From: Raillietiella orientalis
Lineage: Eukaryota
DNA: 64,000 nt
Direction: 5' to 3'
Assembly (NCBI GenBank): GCA_036172245.1
Contig: JAYWIR010000021.1
Coordinates: 1,426,001-1,490,000, forward strand
The notes beneath the pieces are model-generated. The model had not been told where the DNA came from. It searched no databases and saw only the letters and a list, made by a program, of their open reading frames with translations. The position numbers and the translations under genes were made by a program. Positions 1-9,953 of the stretch are shown here, in pieces; the stretch's first letter is position 1, and the number at the start of each line of letters is the position of its first letter.

Positions 1-31
1 GGAGGAGGAGACACAGACGGACAGGTGGTAC

Positions 32-3000
32 CTGCAGAGACCCAGCCCCATCTCGTTGATGGCCGACTCCAGCAGGCTCTCCAGATTCCCTCTCGTGATG
101 GTGTACTCCAGGAAGAACACCTCCAGGACGAAGGCGATGAAAATGCTGCAAGGAGAGGAAGAGGCTGGACCACTGGGTGGACGGACAACCGCTTACTTGA
201 CCACAATCAGCACGCACACAATGTGAAAGGCAATGAAATAAATCTTCGCCCATGCCGTCGTGGTCAAGATGAATCCGGACGCCAGAACTGGGAGAGGTGA
301 CGAAGAGGAAAGGAGGAAAGGAACGCATCACCCCTCTCCATCTTTTTTTTTTTTTTTTTTTACCATGCCACTGGTTGACCACGGTCAGCTCGTACAGCAG
401 AATGAAAGAGCGGAGGAGGTCGTTGAAGTTGTTGCCGCAGTACCCGAGCTCTGCGAAGTCCGAGCCTTCCAGTCGGGGGTTGTGGCACGACGGAGGAGGC
501 CCCAGGTGGCTAACGTTGCCGCGAGCCTCGAACCGCACCAGACCGTGGAAGAGCTCCATGCCCAGTATGGCGAAGAAGTAGTACACTATCTGCAAAGGCA
601 ACCGGAAGAGCCGCGAGGAAGACCAAAGAGGACGGGGAGAGGAGGAAAACTTACGAGGATGATGCAGCCGTAGCTACTCAGGGAAGGCAGCAGGTTGGCA
701 ATGGTGTTCACTATGGCCCTGAAGCGCACGAAGTTGGAAGCCACGCGCACGATCCTCAGGACCCTCAGCACCAGCATGGTGTCCAGCGCCTTCCGGTTAT
801 ACCGCGAGTAGTAGTACTCGGTGCCAGCGAACCACAGACTGGTCTCCTCGATGCACCACAGAACCAACGTCAGAGAGATCAAAAGGAAGTCGTAACTTGG
901 GAAGGGAAGGAGGAAGAAGGAAAGCGTATGCGTGCGAACGCCGCGGTGCGCAACATGCACCGCGCCGGGATGCGTACTCACGCGTTCCACGGCTTGCGGA
1001 GGCACTCGCGCAACCCGAAGGTGTATATCTTCAGGAGTATCTCCGCCAGAAACACCAGAAGTAGAGCCACGTTCATATTTTCGAGGTTCAGCGCGATGAC
1101 CAGAGTGTTGATGATGATGATGACGTCGGAAACCCAACGGAAGTATCTGAACAGGTCCGCTGCGCCTTCCGGAAGGGATGAATTCGTCGGCCTCACCTAT
1201 GGCGGACCATGGCAATCACCCATTTAGAAGGGCGGGAATTATAGATTGTGGGGCAGTGCTTGGCGAAAAACGTATGCCTGTCGACAACTTCGCACACTTC
1301 GATGCTCAGAAGATCGGCCAGCTTCAAGTATTCTTGCTTGTCGATGAACCCATCTTTGTCGGTGTCGAGGACCATCCACATAACTTCCCTGAGGCGACGA
1401 GATCGCCTCTGCGGCAGGTGGCCGAGCATCCGGATGAAGTTTTCTTTGCACACGACTTCTTTGCCCTGCTGCCTCACTTTGATGAGCTCGAACGAATTGC
1501 ACAGCTTCTGGCAGCGGACGGACATCTCGTATTTCACTTGCTTCTGCACCGAGCGGGAGAGGGGGGAAAACCTTCGACCTGTAAAACTGACCTTCAGGTG
1601 GCGCCGATAGTTCGTATATACAACAGCAAGGAAGATGTTCATGATCACGTAGACGTTCAGGATTACAAATACAACGAAGAACAAGCTGTAGAATCTGCTA
1701 GAGTCATAAGCAGGCATCCTAGAAAGACACCATCACGACGGCGCCATCCTGAGACGTCCGGCTCACATGACATCGGGATTGTTGGCTGTCGTAACCAAGA
1801 CGTACATTTCGAACAGAACGTTCGTATAAGTGTCGAAATACGAGGACCCATCCGGATACGTCCAGTACCTGAAGAAATCTTCGCATTTACCCGAAGGAAG
1901 AACTGGACAGAGCACATGCCTTCTCTTGAACAGTTTGTAAAAGATGAAAGAGAACAGGAAAAGGCTGAAGAGGAACAGCAGCAGAGCATTCAATATGTCC
2001 GGCAGAGTGTTCCAGATGTTCTGCAGGGCTAGCCTGAGCTGGCGTCCTTCGGGCAGCGTCACGATCACCAAGGGTCGAATGGGCCGGGACCACCTGCCGA
2101 CTTCGGGAGAGCGCGAAAGAGCAGCGTCCACCCTTACCGGATGTACGCCAGTCCCGACGACGTGATCGCCACGTAGCAGACAATGTCTATCGTAATCAGC
2201 TGTCGGGAGAGCGTGTGTGTCACTTGGGCTACTACGCGCGGCGCACACGCCAACCGTACCGTGATCAGCGCCAGGGCAGAGATGTTCCTTTCGCTGAACC
2301 AGAAGACGGAGGGGTTCGTGAAGTAGTACATGTGAAGAAACCGGAAAACGTAGAACGCCACGCAAAAGGACTCGATGGCGAGCACGATCTACGGGCGCCA
2401 GGAGAAATGTGGAGGGAAATAGATAACTCTCTCCCCCACTATATTCACCCAAGGATTGATTTCCAAGCCCGGGACAGCAGGTTTTTCAAAGAGCGCCAAG
2501 CACAAGAACAATATCGTAACAAAGTACAACGTCGCTTTCAGGCTCCAATGGTGAAACCAAACGTAAGCCCTGAAACGAATTGGCTGTAGCTACGGATGCT
2601 GCACCTTTACACCAAATGGTGAAACATGGGCGAGGAGAGAAAAGGGATGGAAGGGAGTGGGAAATAAGATGACCGGTGCAAAATCAAATCGACAGGCACA
2701 TCACGCATGCTTTGAGGGTAGGGAAAGCTGCAAACCATTCTTGCAAACACAGAAACTCCGAATCCTGGAAGAACACCAAACAAGGATAAGCCTCCACCAC
2801 TTTTGACCAACATCATCAACGGAGCAACAAATGAGCTCAGCTCTGATGGAGTCGGAGGGGCAACCCAGCACACGGCTGTACCTAAGTTCTTTCTTCCCTG
2901 TATTAAACTGAAGGTCTCGATGCTTTTGGGCATCCTGTACATACTGAGCAGCCAGTTTACAGGTCTGTTACATGGTCACAAACGTCACTGAATCATGTCT

Positions 3001-3078
3001 GCCACTACTCACTTGCTCATCTGGTCCATAAAAAGCATTAGTATTCACATGATCTGGCATACTGTTCCCTTTTATCAT
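32..3078 (-). CDS. TPCN3: Two-pore cation channel, TPC3 class; at least 14 exons, 3' end beyond the window start
   Basis: Hand-spliced exons with consistent phases: 3078(or 3060)-3013, 2964-2882, 2569-2449, 2388-2260, 2199-2138, 2093-1920, 1868-1767, 1718-1592, 1543-1197, 1146-982, 895-655, 589-364, 287-197, 145-32. Motifs: LAAQYVQDAQKHR, LALFEKPAVPGL, S4-I RWSRPIRPL, pore-I YVLVTTANNPDVMMPAY, EF-hand-like LDTDKDGFIDKQEY, S4-II LRVLRIVRV, pore-II ELTVVNQWH (VVNQWH is the TPC3-type filter), S6-II NIFIAFVLE. Confidence 0.9.
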
Positions 3079-3146
3079 CAAGCTATACAGCTAATCCATC
3101 ATTGCAGCATGTGCCATCTAGTAGCAACAAGCAACAGTAAGTAGAT

Positions 3147-3152
3147 TTTATT
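3147..3152 (-). promoter_or_regulatory. Polyadenylation signal AATAAA of the coiled-coil gene
   Basis: AATAAA on the minus strand 12 nt after the TGA stop at 3165-3167. Confidence 0.55.
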
Positions 3153-3164
3153 GCAGACCCTGAT

Positions 3165-5727
3165 TCATCCCCTCCCCTCCTCAGGAAGCAATTGCTCCCT
3201 AACTAATTTCTGCCAATTATTGAGTTTCTGCTGGAGTTTTAACTGCTCTTCCTCTTTATGGTGCAACTGGGAAACTGGAATTTTTGCGGAATGTTCCAAT
3301 CAACCTACTTGAGACTGCAATGTCTGGATCCTGTCTTCCTGGGATGCCACCTCCTCACTCAGCTTTCTTCGGGCCTGCAGTGACTGACTTTATTGAGAAC
3401 CTCAACTCAATCACTACCAAATGTGAAGCACTTACTCGAGAGCCTTCTTAGCCATCTGTAAGTCCTTCATGACAGTCTGGATTCCTTGTTCATAGCGCTG
3501 CCTTGAGTCAGCCATGTCAGCCTCAAGCTGCTGGCAAGCACTCTGGATCTGCTGCTTCTCTTGGCAGGCATGAGACAATTGCACTTCAAGTTGGTGAACC
3601 TGTTTTTTAAGTTCTTCCTTTCTGTCAATAAGTCTCTTCCAAAAGAAGGAGTTTCCCTCCATCCTGCAATTGCCATCCCCTTCCCTTCCTTCCTCACCTC
3701 ATTCTCCTCCTCCATTCTGTTGTAATATTCAAGCGATTCAGGATGCTGTGCTGCCCGCAGCTTTTCACGCAACTCTTCCAGGGACTCTGTCTGGTTAGCA
3801 ATCACCTTGTCTTTAACTCTGCATAATTCTCTGCTTTTCTCCAGCTCCTGCCTAATCTAAGCTTGCTGAAAACTGATGGGTCCCCGATACCTGCTGAGCT
3901 CCAGTTGATGATGCAAATCTTCTTGCACAGTCTTCATTTTCTCTTTCTCTTCTTTCAGCTGGTCGAGTTCTCGGCGCAGTCGACTCAGGGTCTGTTGTTT
4001 ACTCAATTCCAAGATATTCACGCATGCCCTCAGACTAGCTTGTTCCTTTTCAGACTCCTGCACCCTATCCTCTACCATGCATCTTTCCCGCTGGAGCAGG
4101 GCCAAGTCTTCTTCCTCAAAATATCAGAAAACATGCACTTTTGGGAAGTCAAAAGACTCACTCTCAACCTCAGCAAATTGTGTGTTTGTTTTAGGTCCTC
4201 TTCATGATGGCTAATGAGAGCATTGGCTTTCTGAAGTTTTTCCCTCAGATGTCTTATGAAACTGACTGCCATATGATGATGGCTCTCCTTCTCTGACAGT
4301 TTCTGTTGCATGCCCTCCAAACTCCGCTCCAGTGATAGAACTCTTTAAAAACAAGAATCCCTGCAGACTTTTTTCCACACTTTAAAAGCTGTACTTTTTC
4401 TTGCAAGTATCGAATTCAACCAGCAGCTCTGTCCTCACTTCTTTCAATTCTTGCTCTGCCTGCACCACTTTTTCCTGTTCTTTCAAAATCTGTAGGGAGA
4501 GAGCTCGCATCTTTTCCTTCATGTTCAAGATGAGCCGATTTGGAAGAACTAGTCCATCCACATGTTTCCTTCAGAGAGCCTATTATCCCAGCAGGAGATA
4601 CACTTAGCCATCCGACTCTTTCTGATGTTGCAATTGTTCTGCTGCCATCTGCTGGCTGAGCTCTTTCCACTTCCTTTGCAGTTCATTGAGCTCTGCTGTC
4701 AAAATTTTATTCTGATCTTCCAAGATCTGCCTACAAACTAAGATTGGAATTTTTCATCCAATACAAACTACTTCTGTGCTTGGGAGTGCTGAAATGCCTC
4801 CATAGCATCTTGGATGTGCTGCCTTAGAATATGCTGATCACACTCCAAAGACTTCTCGTTTTTGATTTGCACGAGTTGTTGCCAGTATTCTGCCAATTTC
4901 TTCTTCAGCTTGGTATTCTTACACTGGAATACAGCAGTTAGTAAACTAAAATTTCCATCAACCTTTTGGCTTTGCAATGCCCTTTTCAGTCCCTCCAATT
5001 CTTGTAGAGATTCTGCTGACGTTTCCAGGCAGCCGAACCTGAGATGCTGCAGTAACTTCAATGGAACTAAGGATTTTGCTTTCTTTTTACAACCATTATT
5101 CATCTTAATCGATCCAGTTCCACCTAGCTACCTGAATTTCTATCTGCAACAAGCGCATTTTCTCTTCCAATTTTGCTCGCTCTTTTTTTTCATGTTCCAG
5201 TCCCTTGAAAGATTAAATATTAAGACCTACAATAATAAGGATCAATATCACCTCTAATTTTTCTGGGTCATTCCATTCTGTTGTCTGAGATTCTGTATCT
5301 GTAAAGTAGTGTTAATGAAATGTAAGCAAGCTTACAAATTAAAAACCAAATAATCATTTCGCAAAAACCACATTATGGCAACAGGGAAATTCTAGATCTA
5401 GGTATCAATACAAACATGATGCAAAACCAGTTCATTTGGATTGATCAGCATTGAATAAGCAGTACTGGAACTAAAGTCTATATGCACCTTTTTGTTTTAG
5501 AATACTTGGCGTATGGTGTTGCTCCAGGGGAGGGAGACTTTTATTGAATATCTACAAAAAATCGAGAAAAAGTCAAAGCAGTACAAAACGGAACGTTTAA
5601 TAGAAAGCTATTTTACTTGTAGCAAAGGAGAGTAGTTTTGAGAATCAATATCTTCCACAAGGAAGCGCAAAAAACTTTCAGGATTTCGAAAGCTTTCAAA
5701 AAAAATTTCGTTTCTCTTCTCGTCCAT
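3165..5727 (-). CDS. Multi-exon long coiled-coil protein (E/K/Q/L-rich), family not assigned
   Basis: First exon 5727-5617 (MDEKRNEIFFESFRNPESFLRFLVEDIDSQNYSPLLQ, GT donor). Heptad-rich segments follow (GLEHEKKERAKLEEKMRLLQIEIQ; LRRELDQLKEEKEKMKTVQEDLHHQLE; KEELKKQVHQLEVQLSHACQEKQQ), separated by short GT-AG introns. The last exon LHHKEEEQLKLQQKLNNWQKLVREQLLPEEGRG* is followed by AATAAA. Not all internal exon borders were resolved. Confidence 0.75.
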
Positions 5728-8700
5728 GTCTGAAAGCACGCCGTGCAAACGAACGTGGTGACCGTACAAATCCTCGACTTTTTTGCTCGATAATTCGCTA
5801 CGGAACAAACTGAAAATTCTGAATTTCTTCTGATGAAATCATAAAATAACGGTGAACATCTCGAACCCTGAAAGACAAAACTGTCGCTCGCAAATGTCAG
5901 TTTTCGAAAGAATTGCTGCTCTTCATCGGAACCGTTAACAAAAAACAGCACAATTGAATTCGGAGAGAACGACTGTAACTCTCAACACAACTGCAAAAGC
6001 CACAACATAAACTAAAGGCCATAATTGCATACATTGATATTTACGTAAATGAAGTTGACCTAGACGACAAATATACAATAAATTTGCTACTTGCTTTATA
6101 ACTGTACAAATCGACATTCTTACATAATATCCACCGAACTATTATTAATATTTAAGAAGGATTACTGGGTCGCTTGAACGATGATTCCAATATTTAATAA
6201 AATCGTACTAAAATCGCAAATAAAATATGAATATACATTTAAAAAAGATACTGAATAGATATGACAGACTGGCATTTAAGTCCTAAGAAATTTAAGTAGT
6301 AACTCTTTACAGTCATAAAAACTGACGTCCGTGTTTACCATTAGGATGAAAATTTGCGAAATTTTTCCACCCAATTTAGGAAAAAAAAAAAACCTTTGAA
6401 AAACGCGCTCAACGACGAAACATGGTTGCCAAGAGCTAGTCATAAAAACTTTTGAAAGAAAAATTATAAAAGTGCAAGTAAAAATGCAGTACTGATACTT
6501 GGAAACTGCTTCAATTCAAAAGCTTGAACATTAGACTACTGGAATCGAATCAGAGTAAAGAAATGAGCTTAATTATTTCTCATAGAAGTTGGCATGAATG
6601 CATAATTTTCTGACAGATCCAAGGAGTTGAGTGTGAATAAAATACATGAATGTGACTAATGCAGTTTATCCATTTAAAAAAAACGGATACGTTTGCCGTC
6701 TTTTTTATTTTAAGTTCCCCCAAAAGCCAGCAACTCGAGATGGTAGGGAAAAATCAGCAATACGAAATTCACCGAGTAAGTTGCGGAGCATACTCGGATG
6801 TAAATTAATGAAAATAAGTTTTTTCTTTTTTTTTTCTTCTCCAGATTTGAAGCCTTCCAGAGAGGTGCCGAATCAAGGAAAACGAAAAGCAACTTATTAA
6901 CTTCAAAATTCACAAAATAAATTTCCAACTCAATTGATTAGTGCCATCACCCTCATTATGCAAGTTGGATTTTGTTTTTGAAGTTTCTTGATGTGTTACA
7001 TTTAATAATTTTGTTCGGAAAGATACAATTGGGCAAAGTTTGCTGATTGCATATCTAGTACATTCATAGGCATTCATCTATATCACACAGGATTACTGCA
7101 CGTTTATCCCTCAGACCATTTGCACTCCTTACGTAACTTTGATCGTTTTTTTTTTTTCTAACGAAATTAGGGTCTCTTGGTGAATGAAAGCAAACAGTTT
7201 CTGAAAAGTGCTACTGAATGCATATTAATCTTTACTAGTTCAAATTATCTTAAGGTTATTGAATTCAGTAGCACCTTTCCCCTAGTTCCTTTAGGCGAAT
7301 GCAATAATGACCTCACAAGAAATAAGGGCGTACAGCGTTTTCCTATTCGACAGAACTTTTCACAATAGCTTCGAACGCCAGCATTGCATTTCCGAAAGTA
7401 ATGTCGTGGACATATGGAGGCGCTATGAAAGTATATCAAAGATCATATTTACAGATTGGCGAACAGCACTTCTATACCTGCTTCGGGATGATGAAAACCT
7501 AAATTTTCACCTTCATAAAGCAAGGCCCCCCCCCCCCCCCCCCCAAAAAAAACAAAAAAAACTGTTCGTTTTGCGCGAAAAAGGTCTGACTCACGGTTGC
7601 ACTTTGTTCCCGGCGGCAGCATGAATTTCTATTTTTCTTGTCGAAGTGGTGGAAGTTGTGTTGTATATGGAATGAATTAGCTGTGCTCGTATTTTGGTGC
7701 TTTTTAACTGAAACTGCAGCGCTTAGGCCTTGCACATGGAAGTGGGTACTGTGGAGGACGCACCACATGTGCCGCCGCCTCGAAGAGGAAAATTTCCTCA
7801 CAGGTGCATGGATGCAAAAATCATGAATGCATCCAGGGATCGTTTCCGACGAATTTGCCAAAGTGCTTCGGACTCGTCGGAGCAGCGACAGAATTCCCGC
7901 GCTCGCATTTCGCAATCCACGCCGACCCACGGCGCAGTGCGACCTGTTCGCACGAGGCTCCCATTTGAATTCGTAACCTAATTTTCCCCTATTTACACGG
8001 AGGCGGGCTTCTTCGCAAACAGCTTTCCGGGTTTCGCGTGCTGGGAACAGGGACTATTTTTTTTTTTTTCGCGAGAAAACGTTCGTTTCCCTTTGCCGAT
8101 GTTGGGAACGCTGCAAGGATAAGAGCGCCTTTGTGCCACAATTCCCAGAAGGTACGTTTGGAAGTTTCTGGAATAATTGCCACTCGGGAACGACGTGCGC
8201 CCACGACGTTTCCTACGATCGATCGTAGAAAACCGTGCTCTTTACTGCTTCTGCACGTATGCTGCACGTTTATGTCCGTTGAAGTGGTGAGAGACAGCCA
8301 TTTTCTTCCCAGTGCAAATGTCCTCAATTCACACCTACCGGCTGTTTGTTTGCGCTTAGAAGGAATGCATTTTTTCTGCTCCATCTACCTGCTTTTTATT
8401 TAGCATTTTTCGCGTTCATTGAAATGTTGGGTGCCAATCGCCGGGGATTATGAACCTCTGGCAGTGGTTATGGGGAATTTCGAAAGCGCGGACAAGAAGT
8501 CGTTCCTCAGCGCTCTCCTCGCATAAGGCAGGCAGCCGCAGCCGCAGTGAATTTATGATAATTTATTTAAGAGATCACTCCAACAGTTATTAATGACTTT
8601 CCACCCAACAGCGCTTCTGCAAATTGGAGCAGACGGGGTCTGCCAGTTCAAGGTGTACGATGCCCCCATTCTTTCCGGCATCACGAATGTTGCATTTCGG

Positions 8701-9615
8701 AAAATTGGAATTCGAGAGCGGCGAACTTGGCAACGCTCTTTCGCGCAGATGTCCCCTCCCCCCCCCCCCCTTAAGGTCCATTTTACCACGCGTCCGGAAT
8801 CCCTTCGCTCGGGGAGGCGCAGCCTTTCGTTTTCGGGATCACTTTGCTGCTTCTTCGTTGGTTTCGCCGTCTTTGCCTTTCCGCGAACCGCTCGTGACCG
8901 ACCGAAATCACTTTGCTGAAACGATTCCTTAACCGTCGGTCGTCGAATGCTGCGCGCGTCGGAGTGACGCTCAACATTCGTCTGATTTGCTGCGAATTCG
9001 GCAGCGACTCCGTTCTGGACCGGCACGAGCGATCCCCTTCCGAAATGGGGCGTCATTCGCAAGGGTTGGGGTTCGGTCTTCCTCGCCGCCGCCGCCTCAC
9101 CTCGTCCCGAAGTGTGCGCCTCCTCGTTCGTGGGGGCGGCCTATCGCACTCTCCGGATGGCCAGATTCTCTTACATGGGATGCAGAAAAATAAATAAGTG
9201 AACAGAAAGTCCGTATCCTGGCCAGGGATGTTTATTTATCTAGAAAAGAAAGTAGGCATCGAAACTGACAAGTAAACATCCGTCATTCTCCACGCCGACC
9301 CTGTCGGTCCGCGACGGAGGCTATTTGGCGCGTTCACACGCGAATGACGGATAGAGGGCAAACGGCTACGAGGGTCACGGATGCACCCCGGCCCCCAAGC
9401 GCCGAACAACAACTGGCCGCGAGTGTTAGGTAGGAGGAATAGGGGAACAGAAACGATCGTGACGCGCCTCCAAAGGTATTTCTTTCTTCTTTTTTTTTTT
9501 CTGCGTTCGAAACCTTACGCGTCCGGCGATGGAAGAAAGGCTTGGAAGGGGGGGGGGAGGGGGAAAAAAGAGCAGACGGATGGGAGAAAAGAAGGACAGG
9601 CGAGCGTGTGATAAA

Positions 9616-9658
9616 AGGAGGAGGAGGAGGAGGAGAAGAAGAAGAAGAAGAAGAAGAA
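9616..9658. repeat. Compound (GGA)n(GAA)n microsatellite
   Basis: Directly visible aggaggagg...gaagaagaag run. Confidence 0.9.
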
Positions 9659-9915
9659 AACCAGGACAAAGACTGAAAGGATTCGCACGGTCGGCGGCAG
9701 ATGAAAGTCTCGTCCGTGTGCCACATTGCTGCGAACGGGCGACAAACCGTTCCGTGTACGAGGACTCCAGATGTACTCGAGATTTGGGTCTCCTTGCGCT
9801 GCATTGTATTGCGGTCTTCTTGCTCCTTTGTATGGACGCTCGCGTGTACACGTAGCTCGGTTTTATTTTCTGGACACGTGCATGCGGATGGCCAAGCAAA
9901 GTGAACTTTGCGTGT

Positions 9916-9953
9916 CACCACCACCACCACCACCACCACCACCACCACCACCA
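9916..9953. repeat. (CCA)~12 microsatellite
   Basis: Directly visible perfect caccaccac run. Confidence 0.95.

Noticed and set aside
1178..2032. 284-aa + strand ORF (and 260-673) overlapping TPC3
   Set aside because: Antisense shadow of a C/G-ending codon-biased gene with 3n introns; no recognisable domain.
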